Origin: Octopus bimaculoides
Taxonomy: Eukaryota
Assembly: GCF_001194135.2 (NCBI RefSeq)
Contig: NC_068982.1
Coordinates: 9,513,560 to 9,548,601 of the forward strand
Length of the DNA stretch: 35,042 nt
Reading direction: 5' to 3'
The notes below the pieces were generated by a model. The model did not search any database. It worked only from the letters and a program-made list of their open reading frames with translations, and had not been told where the DNA came from. The translations under genes were made by a program, and so were the position numbers. Shown here in pieces: positions 10,591-23,096 of the stretch. Within the stretch, counting starts at the first letter, position 1. Every line of letters starts with the position of its first letter.

Positions 10591-11314
10591 TGGGATACAT
10601 TTTCTCCGACAGTCAAACGAATCTACTTATCACCAAAATTTGATTTCTAGTTTTCTACAAACCATCCATTATAGATAACACCATGTAAAAGTACAAGAGA
10701 AAAATACATTGTACTTATTACTTATGGAACGCAGCAGTAATCTGCACTTTATTAGTAATCACCGTTTATATATTTATGCGTATATTATATTTTTCAGTTT
10801 TTATTTTATCGAGTTATTTTCGAAATTTATTTCTGGTGAACAATACCAGACATTTTTCAATGACACTTATACTGCAAGCAAAGTCCGAATCAAATAGCTT
10901 TAGCACTCGTAGTAACAGAAAAATTAAACTACTTACAAAATTAGAGCACTTGGTACCTTCTTCAAATCCAATTCATATATTTGTTGCAGACACACTGATT
11001 CACGGAAAACAAACGCGCACACACTTCTGCAAAAATCATATACGAACAATTATACATTATCATACACGAAATTGGAGCGCCAGGTGTCGTCCTCAAAAAC
11101 AATTCAAATATTTGTTGCAGACAGACACGTTCACAAAACATACACAAACACGCTCACAAAAATACAAAAAATATATACAAATAAATTCATACATATACGT
11201 CCATGAATATCCATATGCATATATTGTGTAGAGAGATAAGATTTCTTTTATAAAGCAGTTTAAATAGTAGCGTCTTCTATACGGAGAGTCTCTGGATCTC
11301 ATCTATGAACTACA

Positions 11315-11340
11315 TGTGTGTGTGTGTGTGTGTGTGTGTA

Positions 11341-11399
<59 letters not shown>
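11315..11399. repeat. (TG)n(AG)n microsatellite
   Basis: Direct reading. Confidence 0.95.
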
Positions 11400-11402
<3 letters not shown>

Positions 11403-11991
11403 TATAATTCTGATATCTTCTTACACAGTGGAGTGGTGTATGGTATGTAGTCATTGAACCTGAATTACGGAAATGTGGAGATGGTCACTAAGAAGAAATT
11501 CGAGGCGTTGAAGAACATGAATGTTCATTAAATGTTAGAATGATAAAGCGATAGGGAGCTATACCAGAGTTGAAGTCTTTTTTGGGAACGGGGCATTGCA
11601 TAGTTCAAAGTGTTTCCAAAGATCAAGGTAAAATAATCGAATCAATATCACACACAGGGAATATTTACATGCAAAAGAAGTGAAAACTTTTTGTCGCTTT
11701 TGAAATGGCTTGACACACGACAACACATGGATGTAACGTAAGATCCATTGTAATGCCGCAACTGTTACTGAGCACCGACAACTGCTTAATATACATTTCT
11801 CTAATTCACCTGGCTGTAGGATATCTGTATTATCATATTATCTTGGAATGACTGGTATTAATTACAGGTTGAGCATTACAGTTAGTTTGCACCTGGCTAT
11901 TCTACTATTAAATTATGCAATCTCATGCATCCATCGTATGTGGAAGGATGGTTATAGCATATATTATTTATTTGTCTGTCTGTGTGTGCTT

Positions 11992-12175
<184 letters not shown>

Positions 12176-12181
<6 letters not shown>

Positions 12182-12233
12182 TATGTACATATATGTGGAT
12201 ATACATGCATACATATTCTTTGTATTATTATAT
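12176..12233 (+). repeat. 58-bp direct repeat, copy 1 (copy 2 at 13769-13826)
   Basis: TGTAAGTATGTACATATATGTGG(A/G)TATACATGCATACATATTCTTTGTATTATTATAT, 57/58 identical. Confidence 0.9.
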
Positions 12234-12333
12234 CATCGAACGCTACGCGTCCATTTGCAAGTAAGTTTTGACTTTTTATTTGTGACGCAACTCTATCTAT
12301 CTGTCTATCTATCTATCTATCTATCTGTCTATC

Positions 12334-13078
12334 AGCCGAGTCTATCGTGAATATTGTCGCGCCTCTTTCCTTTAAACGGGAAGGAAGAGCTATTTTCATC
12401 GTACTTGTGGCTATGGCGAAAGAATGTGTATGGTGGACGCGTCTGAAAGGTCTAGAGACAAAGACTTTCCTCTCTGGGCAATCTCTCATCAACTTCTTCA
12501 AGTATCACCTGAAGAGGAAAGTGAGAGTAGAAAGGGAAGTCTTGTCTAGTGAATGCTTCAAAAAAAGATGGGTGAATGTAGCAAGGATGGCACGTGTGAA
12601 CGATGGAGCCATCTTGAGCATAACCCTATGAACTAAANNNNNNNNNNNNNNNNNNNNNNNNNNNNNNNNNNNNNNNNNNNNNNNNNNNNNNNNNNNNNNN
12701 NNNNNNNNNNNNNNNNNNNNNNNNNNNNNNNNNNNNNNNNNNNNNNNNNNNNNNNNNNNNNNNNNNNNNNNNNNNNNNNNNNNNNNNNNNNNNNNNNNNN
12801 NNNNNNNNNNNNNNNNNNNNNNNNNNNNNNNNNNNNNNNNNNNNNNNNNNNNNNNNNNNNNNNNNNNNNNNNNNNNNNNNNNNNNNNNNNNNNNNNNNNN
12901 NNNNNNNNNNNNNNNNNNNNNNNNNNNNNNNNNNNNNTTTTGATCGAACTACCCCCTTTTCCTTCCTACGATCCCTTTTGATCGACCCCCCCTTTTTTTC
13001 CTTCCCCCTCCCAAAAAGAAAAGCTTTACATTGTATTTGTCCCATCTTCGTTGAGCCCTGTGTGGCTAATAAAAGAAA
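12334..13078 (+). mobile_element. 5'-truncated L1/Tx1-like LINE: ORF2 C-terminus plus 3' UTR (N-gap 12638-12937), flanked by (TATC)n
   Basis: Open frame AESIVNIVAP...ECVWWTRLKG...FFKYHLKRKVRVEREVLSSECFKKRW...SITL* (stop 12629-31) resembles L1/Tx1 ORF2 ends from recall, not a search. Pyrimidine-rich UTR ends AATAAAAGAAA (13068-13078). Confidence 0.55.
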
Positions 13079-13135
13079 TGTATCTATCTATCTATCTGTA
13101 TGTCTATCTATCTATCTATATATCTATCTATCTAT

Positions 13136-13345
13136 CTTTCTTTCTTTCTTCTTACTCATCTCCCTCTCTCGCTCTGCTTCCTTCTGTTGTCCTGGCTTCT
13201 ACTTCACTGCTATATATCTATCTATTTTTCTGTATCTATCTACCTATCTATCCCTCTATCTATCTACCTATCTATCTTTCTTCTTACCCATCTCCCCCTC
13301 TTGCTCTGCTTCCTTCTGTTGTCCTGGCTTCTACTTCACTGCTAT
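13136..13345 (+). repeat. Tandem duplication of an approx. 70-bp pyrimidine-rich unit separated by (TATC)n
   Basis: TTTCTTCTTAC(T/C)CATCTCCC...GCTCTGCTTCCTTCTGTTGTCCTGGCTTCTACTTCACTGCTATA occurs twice. Confidence 0.85.
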
Positions 13346-13768
13346 ACACATCTCTCTCTTCCTCCTTGTTCCACTTACTCCCTCTACCATCCTCTCTGGT
13401 CACGTGTGACCTGTGGTCAACTCTCTCTTTTCACTCCTGCCACTATGAAGGCATGACAAACTGTCTTTATCTCCGTCCAGCTTCGTCCTATCACTAGCGT
13501 TCAATACCAGATTCGCATTTGGCCGTACGGCTTTTTGATGTTGTTTTCACTGTCCATTTTTTCCTGTCTTGGTTTGTGTTTGCCACCTCGGAATCCTCTG
13601 CTCTAGAGTACGTTCTGCCTTATCTTCGAAACGTCTAGTTAGAATAGAGGCAGCTAACGAAGGGTTAATTCCAAGTGGCTATCTGTTTTCCTATGTGTTT
13701 GTTCCGTTGTCTGTAGTTCATTTTTCTAACGTCCTGTACCCTGATATGCATCTATATACACATGTAGA
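13346..13768 (+). mobile_element. Unclassified repeat, possibly a Penelope-like terminus, with a degenerate hammerhead-like motif at 13649-13687
   Basis: GGCAG-CTAACGA-AGGG-TTAA-TTCC-AAG-TGGC-TA-TCTGTT has hammerhead order but G5 and GAAA are altered; CGAAACGTC at 13627-13635. Confidence 0.3.
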
Positions 13769-13826
13769 TGTAAGTATGTACATATATGTGGGTATACATG
13801 CATACATATTCTTTGTATTATTATAT
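13769..13826 (+). repeat. 58-bp direct repeat, copy 2
   Basis: See 12176-12233. Confidence 0.9.
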
Positions 13827-13879
13827 ATATATATACATACACACTCACACATATATATTATAGATGTGTAGAATATCAC

Positions 13880-13940
13880 ATACATGCACGCATATATACA
13901 TCCACACATACATTCATACATACATACATACATACATACA

Positions 13941-13972
<32 letters not shown>

Positions 13973-13980
13973 CATACATG
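13880..13980. repeat. (CATA)n microsatellite
   Basis: Direct reading. Confidence 0.95.
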
Positions 13981-16900
13981 TACGTCTGAATATGAATTCG
14001 TATAGAAAAAAATCAACAGCCGAGAAGCTAAAACCACTGAAAATTTTTACTGTATTTTGTATTAGGTATATAGTCGAAATGAGTTTAAAGTTGAACGCAT
14101 GCTGTCCTTTGGAATGTATGCGTATAAATAATCTTTTATCTTTTTTACCAGTTTTACAGCAGGAATTATATATAACCTGTTACAACATTATTTTCAAACT
14201 CATATGTTTTGATTTATTCAAAAGCGAGTAGAATTGATATAATAATATTCTGCTAAGTTGTATTCTGTTCGGTCAAAAAACTAAGAGAGACATTAAAGCA
14301 ATTGGTTGATTGCTTTTCTGTATTAGTTCTGGCTCACTACGCACTGATATCAACGCCTGCCCAGACCATTTTGCCTTGTAATCGTTTGGAGGATTGCATG
14401 TCAAATACCAATTCTTGGCTGTGAATAAACGAACCTGTTAAAGAGACGAGCGGGTTGCTTTGCAGTATATATTCCGGTTCTTCGAGTTCTTATAGTAACA
14501 CCTGCGCTGATATTAAGTTAAACTTTATCGGCCTAAATCGTCGGCTCTTTCTTTCGATAAATATCAGAGAGGTGGAGAAGGGACACTTGCATACATGTGT
14601 AATCATTATTCTTCCTAGGCACGAACAAACATATACAGGCGCATGTTCAATCTTGACCGACGGATGTCAGATGTATTCTGTGAAGCAATTGTTTGATGTG
14701 CCTCTACAAATGAATATTCTTCCGATCTGTTCTCTACAGAACATCGGGTCTTGTACTATTTTTCTTGCAAGTTCTTTGTAAGCCAGGAATTTTGCCTCAC
14801 ACTTGCCTCACTCAGCATGTCACCTAAATTATGCATTGCTTAGTCCATTTGATTTTTCGTAAATGCAAATTATCATATTTATAAAAAGAGAGAGAGTAAT
14901 GAGCATTTACGACCTGATTAATTAATGGAATGCAGGTGACGGTAAATTGAAATTTTCTTGATGCGTCGACTTAGAAATTTGTTATGTGTAATCATATGTC
15001 GTCAGCAATTTGTTAAAGGAAGTAATGAATGTATTTTAGCAATTTTTCTCCGAATCATTAGCTGAAGCTAATGATTGGGAGGAAAAAATATACTCGTTAA
15101 ATTTATGAAGGTGCGGCTGCTTTTTATGAATGATAATATTTTATTTCTTTTGCATTTTTTTTTATTTTGTCATCGGTTCAGTTTGTTTTTCAAATTATGT
15201 CAATTTCAATGGATTTCGTATTTTTAAGCATCCACGATTTCGGTGAAATATTTCTTTGAAAATCCTCATAGAAAGTGATTAAATGTTATAAATAAAATCT
15301 GAAAGGTCAAAGCGGTGATTGGATAAAAACGATTTTCATTAAAAAATATTAAATCAAAAATACAAAAATTTCATTTATTTTTTTGGCTGTTAAAGATGAA
15401 ATTTGACTAAATGTCAAGAATTTTTAACTGAAACGCTAATGGATGTTATTGATTCCAATGCGTTTAAAAATGAAAGTATTGAAGTAACGTATTCTTTTGA
15501 ACCAAAAAATTTACTGGTTAACATTTTAAACTAAAAAAAATTATACTAGATTTTCTTACGTCGTATTTGTAACAAACTTAAGACGATATAGTTCACACGA
15601 CCAAGTATATTGTAATTATACAATTATTATTGTGAAAATTATTAATTGCCATAGAAGCAGTATTAATACCAAAGGGTAATATTTATCCCTAATAAAAAGT
15701 GAATGTTTTGTTAGAACACAATATTCTACGTTATTTACCACGAGAGAACCTCTCATATGGGTTTGTGGTGTATATAAGCTCTCATGTTTACATCGCTAGC
15801 GGGAGATAATCCTCTGTTATCATCACTGGGACTTCCAGATCACGTGATTGCGGTTTTTTGGCCTTGTCAGTGGCAGATTTCCAGGCTAGAGATAGCAGCT
15901 ATTCCTCCGTCAGTGATATACAGAGAGTGTCAGTGTCCATTAAGGAACCGGCGTCGCAAATAACCAGCGGGCTTATTAAAAAATAATCAATCGCAACAGA
16001 AGCAGTGTTGATACTAAAAGGTGATATTTATCCGTACTTAACAGTAGATATAAGATGTTAGGACAAGTTCACAGGAGAGGTTCTCCCATGGTCAATAGCA
16101 CAGCATTTGTTCTACTGCATTTTCTGACTGAAGCGTCCTTCCCATTTTTAGACGTTAGGGTTATATTGTAATTTCATCGAGATGTGGCTCCAACTACCAT
16201 CGACCAGAGCATCTACGTAGAGGCACCCTGCTTTTGTTGTCTTCATTTATATATATTGTCAAGAATTTACTGCACATAACAACGAATGTTTAAAAGCAAT
16301 GCAGTTTATATAAGTGTGAACAGTTTTAGACGTGAAATGAAATCGAATGCTTGAGGCTATCGATCTGATGTATAGACAAACAAATTTCCTTTCTCTGTCG
16401 CGTTTTAAGGATACATTTACTGACACTTGATTTTAACTTACGGTCACTGTTAATTCTCGGCACATGCTTCATAAATATCCTTGTGCATTACGAAATCTTA
16501 TTTTTCCAGCCTGTAAATATACGGTCTTGTACTTGTGTTATCAATATATGTGTTCTTTCAACTCATTGATGATTTAGGGCAATATTTGTGGTTATTGAGC
16601 AAAACGTAAATTGTAGAACTTTACAGTGTTTCATTCGGTAATTTTTCTTCGTACAATTCTTTTCGATTTTATATCTACGACATTCAAAACCTCATTATTA
16701 TAGGGCACAATACAGGTTATGAGTTTCCGCCCTGTATTCAGTATATATATTTACACTCGTAAGTACAATAAGACTTTAGACAGAGACTAGCAATTTAAAC
16801 TCAGTTTTATAGCAATTTCTATTTCTTTATCTTTATATCTCTTGATTTGCATCCTAGAACAATCTGAACATTATTATATTTATCAAGATAATAATGTTTG

Positions 16901-17805
16901 GATGTAGTTTATATCTGTATTTTGAGTGAGTATGGGATTTTTACATTTGTCATAATTTGATGGAGAAATAGTTTTCTTAAAATAACGTTCGGCTTGATGG
17001 AGTATATGGACGTTATGGTATGTTCCGGTCATGCTTGGAAATGGCAAAGATTTCTGTTCGCATTCGCAGTAGTTCTTTCCTTTTCACATATCTCTCAGTG
17101 TCCATCGGGTATGTGAAAGTGATGGATGCAATCTTGTGATAATGCAAAAGTAGATGTGGTTTGAGTTAAGAGGATCTCAATCTAGCAATAAATTAAAACC
17201 AAATTTTCCTCCAAACTACATTCCATCTTGACTTTCTAAAGAAGGAAAACCATATTGAAGAATCTAATTCTAAAGTCAGCGTGACAGAAAAATACGACGA
17301 GGAAATCAATATTGTCGAATAACGGGAAAATTCTATAAGATGGGAACATGTTTATTGGTGATTTACAAAATTGATGACGCTGTTATTTAACCATTTTCAA
17401 CAGACTGACTGACATAGCCCCATCTTTATATTCTTCAAACAATATTGCGCTAATTTTCTACACAAATTTTATCGAAATGACATGAATTGGGATCTTTTAT
17501 GGCCATTTCGTTTGTTTCTCATGAAAAAATGTGTAAGATCATTAACTTCGTTCATGTCAGTTATTTGTACACATCCGATAAAACTATCCTACACTAGAAA
17601 CCTTCTTGGCTTAAAAATCTCCACTTTGAAGATATATTTATTACGCCATAGCAATGTTCTTATTAGAAATATCAACACCTGTTTATTAACAAGAACCGGA
17701 TGTAATCTGATCCACATTGTTTCGATAGAATATTATTCGCTATCAGCAAGCACGAGTTATTTATATAAAGCTTAAACAGTGATGCAATATCGTAGAAGAA
17801 AATAT

Positions 17806-17955
17806 TGGTTTCAAATTTTGGCACAATGCCAGAGATTTCGGGGGGAGGGAGCAGAATCAGTTATATCGACCCAAAACCCACCCACCACCACCACCACTAC
17901 CAGGGCTCAACTGGTACTTATTTTATCGTCCCAGTAAGGATGAAAGGCAAAGTGA
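17806..17955 (-). mobile_element. SINE family A 3' part (alternative tail GCCAAAATTTGAAACC) with internal (CAC)n expansion
   Basis: GGTTTCAAATTTTGGCACAA...ATCGACCC...AACTGGTACTTATTTTATCG...GGATGAAAGGCAAAGT. Confidence 0.75.
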
Positions 17956-17972
17956 GATTTAGTAGAGATGAC

Positions 17973-18049
17973 CCGGAAGTTGTTTCTCTTCGATTACTAT
18001 CGTAAACAGCAGTAGCTTTCTTTAACCGATTACACGTCGTTGATTGGTT
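17973..18049. promoter_or_regulatory. Candidate promoter motifs: ETS CCGGAAGT (17973-80) and NF-Y box TGATTGGTT (18041-49)
   Basis: Consensus motif matches in a locally CpG-containing segment; short motifs can occur by chance. Confidence 0.2.
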
Positions 18050-18168
18050 GAAATTACCCAAATACGATAACTTTAACACGAAATAACTTCTAAAATACAA
18101 GATTTTGTCAAAAACGTTCAGGGTAAACCGTGTTCTACATGAGAAATTCTACTAGTATTCGAAGTTTC

Positions 18169-18227
18169 AAACTGTTTAGTTAAAAAAATATAATTTTAAA
18201 AATCTGTGATTAAACTGGAATAGATCC
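18169..18227 (+). repeat. Unclassified approx. 58-bp dispersed repeat (second copy 23730-23786)
   Basis: AAACTGTTTAGTT..AAAAAA..AATT..AAAATCTGTGATT.A..TGGAATAGATCC in both copies. Confidence 0.6.
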
Positions 18228-18412
18228 GGATATAAACTATATGCTTAATATATGCCTATTGTTTTAAGGGAGTTTAATTCCTCAAAAATACCAGGTATTG
18301 AACCAGCATTTCTTTGAATGCTACCATCTCTTCATGAGGTTAACATGCCCTCTAATTAAATGTATGTATATATATACATAAGTATATATATATGTATATA
18401 TATGTATACATA

Positions 18413-18443
<31 letters not shown>

Positions 18444-18983
18444 NNNNNNNNNNNNNNNNNNNNNNNNNNNNNNNNNNNNNNNNNNNNNNNNNNNNNNNNN
18501 NNNNNNNNNNNNNNNNNNNNNNNNNNNNNNNNNNNNNNNNNNNNNNNNNNNNNNNNNNNNNNNNNNNNNNNNNNNNNNNNNNNNNNNNNNNNNNNNNNNN
18601 NNNNNNNNNNNNNNNNNNNNNNNNNNNNNNNNNNNNNNNNNNNNNNNNNNNNNNNNNNNNNNNNNNNNNNNNNNNNNNNNNNNNNNNNNNNNNNNNNNNN
18701 NNNNNNNNNNNNNNNNNNNNNNNNNNNNNNNNNNNNNNNNNNNNNNNNNNNNNNNNNNNNNNNNNNNNNNNNNNNNNNNNNNNNNNNNNNNNNNNNNNNN
18801 NNNNNNNNNNNNNNNNNNNNNNNNNNNNNNNNNNNNNNNNNNNNNNNNNNNNNNNNNNNNNNNNNNNNNNNNNNNNNNNNNNNNNNNNNNNNNNNNNNNN
18901 NNNNNNNNNNNNNNNNNNNNNNNNNNNNNNNNNNNNNNNNNNNNNNNNNNNNNNNNNNNNNNNNNNNNNNNNNNNNNNNNNNN
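18444..18983. other. Assembly gap between (TA)n tracts (other gaps: 5043-5161, 7845-8408, 12638-12937, 24999-25376, 28012-28089, 29337-29446)
   Basis: Runs of N. Confidence 1.
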
Positions 18984-19508
18984 TATATATATATATATTA
19001 TAAGCAATAATTGTTTTAAATGCATGCTAAAATGCTTGGGGTTTAAAAGATGCAAAAGAGAAGCCATAAGTTTTTTTAAGAGAAGAGGTAACCTGGTTTC
19101 AGCTTTGTTCTTACTAGGAAACAAAATCAGGTAATGGATTCGGTTTGAAGATAACTTACCTCTAATGTATTGTACTCGCTAATTTGTTTGATAATTATTT
19201 CTCACATAAAACTAACTCATCATGTATGAAGGTGGGTGAGAAGAGAAAATTGCTTTTTTGCTAATGCATTTTTTTTTTTTTTTGGTATTTTTGTCAGAAC
19301 GTCAGAACAGTACAAACGGAAGAGGAAGCGAAAGCTGAAAGCTTGCATATTATACACAGATTATGCAAGCAATAGTTATATAAGTTGTTCTGTTGGAAAT
19401 ATATAAAGATACAAAGTATTGTCTTATTAATGACGATGGTAGTGAAATGAAATACTTTAAAAGTCTAATGAAAATTAGTTTCGCGAATTTCTTTACCTTT
19501 CTTTTCAG

Positions 19509-19810
19509 GAAATACTACGCTTATTGAGATAAGAATTATACTCGAGGGAAAATTCTTTTAACATTGGGCTACACCAAATAGAAACTTTTTAGCACAATCG
19601 GTTGAAGTTAACTTCTATTTCACCATAGACGCCATCTTGCAAAATTGTAATAGAAAACATTTGTTGCCCTAGAGGCAAGATTATATCTTTTAACTTGGCA
19701 GTAATTTGGAAACAAAAATAGAACAAACAAAAGAAGTAGCCATTCTTTCTCCTTGTCTGGAGCAGACATGAGCCTTTTGTTTTCTTGTTATTGTCAATGC
19801 ATATAATAAA
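19509..19810 (+). other. Candidate non-coding exon
   Basis: Branch-like CTAAT near 19465, polypyrimidine TTTCTTTACCTTTCTTTTCAG (AG 19507-08), donor AAA|GTGAGT at 19811. All frames close early. YY1-type CGCCATCTTG at 19630-39. Confidence 0.2.
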
Positions 19811-20403
19811 GTGAGTATAAGCGAAATTATTCTTAAGCCATCTGAAATATTCTATAGGAGAAATCGAAAATCAATACGAAACATATCTAAATGAAAAGTG
19901 GATAATTTATCTCATTGCATTGTGTTCTATGATAATGTTACTATTTCGTGGTATTAAAGACACAAAAGATATTTCAAAATATATTTTTGTTATCGTTCTT
20001 TAGAATACACTGAAATAATGTAAATGCTAACCTTTTAAAAAAAGAGAGCCACTCCCCAACGAATTGAGCTTTTCAAGTTAAACCGTAGACGAACGTAGAA
20101 GCTTCTGTTGTTAACCTTTCTCAAAATATAGATATGTATTTTGTTGTTATTGGAGAAGGACTGAACAGATCTTGATGATCATCTAAAATTTGAAATTTCT
20201 AACAAAAGCTAAACTGCTTTATTCTTTCTAATGTGTATTAGCAGGCTTATGTAATACGAGTTCACTTAGAATCCTATTCTAAAGTCATGAGAGAAGGTAG
20301 AATCAGTCTTGAAATAGTTTTAATGGGAAAAAATACAGGATGGTCCGAAACTCTTGTCACCCCCTATCGAAAAGTAATAAGAACAATAGAGGAACAATAT
20401 AAT

Positions 20404-20616
20404 CCTATCTAAGATAGGCACAGGGCCTAAAATTTAGAGGGAGGGGTCCAGTCGGTTAGATTGACCCCAGTACACTACTGGTACTTAATTTATCGACCGC
20501 CGAAGGATGAAAGGCAAAGTCACCTTGATGGAATTTGAACTCAGAACGTAGCGTCGGGCGAAATACCGCTAAGAATTTCGTCCGGCGTGCTAACGATTCT
20601 GTCAGCTCACCGCCTT
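20404..20616 (-). mobile_element. SINE family A, full length
   Basis: Head AAGGCGGTGAGCTGACAGAATCG, B-box GAGTTCAAATTCC and body as in other copies. Confidence 0.88.
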
Positions 20617-20877
20617 AGAATAACAATATATGAAACACATTTAACTGGTTTCAGTATGTTTACTTTTATTGATTCGGATGCTATCACACATCGAGAAAGT
20701 CTGCAAGAACACCAACAGCTTCGTAAAATATCAAACAGGAGATGGCACCGCATCATTTTGTGCCACGAAAATGATGGTGTTCATAGAGACTTTGTCGATG
20801 TGTGAGCGTCAGCGTCCATGAAAGTGAATATACTAAAACCACTTAAATGTGTTCGATATTATTATATCGTCCTTCTG

Positions 20878-21260
20878 TGGAAGCGCAATGGCCCAGTGGT
20901 TAGGGTAGCGGACTCGCGGTCGTAGGATCGCGGTTTCGATTCCTAGAACGGGCGTTGTGAGTGTTTATTGAGCGAAAAGCCACATGAGGCTCTGGTAGGG
21001 GGTGGGGGGTCGAGCCCTACTATACTCTTTCACCACAGCTTTCTCTCACTCTTTCTTCCTGTTTCTGTTCTACTTGTATTTCAAAGGGGCCAGCTTAATC
21101 ACATTCTATGTCACGCTGATTCTCCCCCGAGAACCACGTCAAGGAAGGGTACATGTGTCCGTGGAGTGCTCAGCCACTTGCACGTTAATTTCACGAGCAG
21201 GCTGTTCCGTTGATCGGATCAACTGGAACCCACGTCGTCGTAACCGACAGAGTACCACGA
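20878..21260 (+). mobile_element. tRNA-derived SINE family C, full length
   Basis: Head GCGCAATGGCCCAGTGGTTAGGG...GGTTTCGATTCC (A- and B-box-like). Tail GGAGTGCTCAGCCACTTGCACGTTAATTTC...GTCGTCGTAACCGAC. Matches 29643 and 32408. Confidence 0.88.
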
Positions 21261-22312
21261 CGATTGTTGCTCTATTATTCGTATTACTTTTCAGTAAGGG
21301 GTGACAAGACTTTCGGACCACCCTAAAGATTACCAAAATAATTGTAATCCAACAATCTGTCAGCTGTGACTACTAAATGCGAATATCTATATTTACGTCT
21401 TCCCAAAATTAATAAACAGGTTTCGATCATCAGGAAAGGGTTTTATGAGGACAAAGGCGACTGGAATTAACGGAACATCATGACATAACATGCCGTTATA
21501 TGCGTTTTTAATCTGTCGTGCTATTGTTAGTCAGCTGGAATAATAAATAATTGTCCATCCACTTAATCATGAATGGCAGAATATATCACCGCCACTTCTT
21601 AAATGTAATTCTATAGTCACCATGGAAATTTCGACATCAAGAGCAATTTTATGAGTCTCACACACACATGAAATCGATGATATGATCCGTATATCTAAAT
21701 TGAAGAATAGTATATGCTATAAAATACTAATATTTTACAGCTATATAGATTGGTGCAGCTTCTTATATTGCAAAATCAAGCACAATTACATTGCTGTATG
21801 CCTGTGATTAGAAACGAAAGAAAGAGAAAAGGCGAGAAGAATAAAAAAAAGTGTGGATGTGAGAAACAAACGGAACAAATGACTGAGAAAAGCAACAAAA
21901 CGTATGATGACAGCAAAACATATAATTCCGCGTTGAAGGGAACTAAAGACAAGTAACTGCTTTTATTCCCGAGAAAGATAGCTACATTACTTAGAGCAGA
22001 TGTCACATTGTACCACATTATTAAATCGCTACAAGAGGCGGCTCGTTATATAAAAAAATATTCTTAGTTTATTGGCGACATTCTCTAGTTCTAAGGGTCA
22101 GTCTCATAGAACAGATTCCATTTCCCACTGCTCTCAATCCATACTCTCAATCTTCAGCATTTTTTTGTAGATGCCGACCCACAACATTTTCCTCAGTCTC
22201 TCATATTTTTCTATACTTATCCGTTGCGTGGTGGCTGAATTATCATTTTGGGGGGTCCCTAGGCATGAATCAAAGTTTCAATTTTTTTTCCTTTTAATAA
22301 TAGAGAAGATAA

Positions 22313-22512
22313 GAACAGTGAGCTGGCAGAATCGTTACCGAGACGGGCAAAACGTTTAGCGACTTCATGTTCTGAGTTCGAATTCTGTCGAAGTCGACTT
22401 TGCCTTTCATCCTTACGGGATCGATAAAATAAGTACCAGCTGATCACTAGGGTCAATGTAATCGACTTGCCCCCTCCCTCGGGATTAATGGCCTCGCGCC
22501 AAAATTTGAAAC
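22313..22512 (+). mobile_element. SINE family A (alternative tail), with 18-bp TSD
   Basis: GTGAGCTGGCAGAATCG...GAGTTCGAATTC...GCCTTTCATCCTTACGGGATCGATAAAATAAGTACC; TSD TAATAATAG(A/G)GAAGATAA at 22295-22312 and 22513-22530. Confidence 0.88.
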
Positions 22513-22584
22513 TAATAATAGGGAAGATAAAGAAAACAGTTTGACCCAGTAACTAAACAGGTAGAAAACGTGCTCATATATATA

Positions 22585-23096
22585 CGAGGGTGAGTCAAAA
22601 AGTAATGCCATTTTGTTTAGGGCAGGTATAATTACCAACACAGGGACATGTATCATACATCAAAATTAAGCTTGTTCTCTGTGGATCACATCCCTACTTC
22701 TCAACATAGTCACCGTTTCTCTCAATAGCAATGTTCCACCCTAGAATGAGAGCATGTATCCCTGCCCCGTAAAATTCTCTTGACTGTTTTTTGAGCCACT
22801 TCTTCACTACAGTTTTCACTTCCTCGTCACTGGAATAATGTTTACCTCCCAAACACTCTTTCATGGGGCCGAAGAGACGATAGTCTGAAGGCACTAAAAT
22901 ATTCCAGTGATGAAGAAGTGAAAACTGTAGTGAAGAAGTGGCTCAAGGAACAGTCAACAGAATTTTGTGACTTTGTTGAGAAGTAGGTTATGTGGTCCGC
23001 AGAGGACCAGCTTCATTTTGATTAATAATACATGTTCCTGTGTTGGTAATTATACCAGTCCTAAACAAAATGGCATTACTTTTTGACTCACCCTCG
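22585..23096. mobile_element. Mariner-derived fold-back MITE built from two inverted right ends
   Basis: Identical 37-bp TIRs CGAGGGTGAGTCAAAAAGTAATGCCATTTTGTTTAGG with TA flanks (22583-84, 23097-98). Minus frame PSDYRLFGPMKECLGGKHYSSDEEVKTVVKKWL...GDYVEK* is a mariner C-terminus, partly repeated on plus at 22900-22985. Confidence 0.9.

Noticed and set aside
16043-16056. 14-mer AGTAGATATAAGAT shared with 4-17
   Set aside because: Several such AT-rich 14-mer matches are expected by chance in 35 kb.
20878-20950. tRNA genes at SINE heads
   Set aside because: A and B boxes are present but no complete cloverleaf, and each continues into a SINE body.
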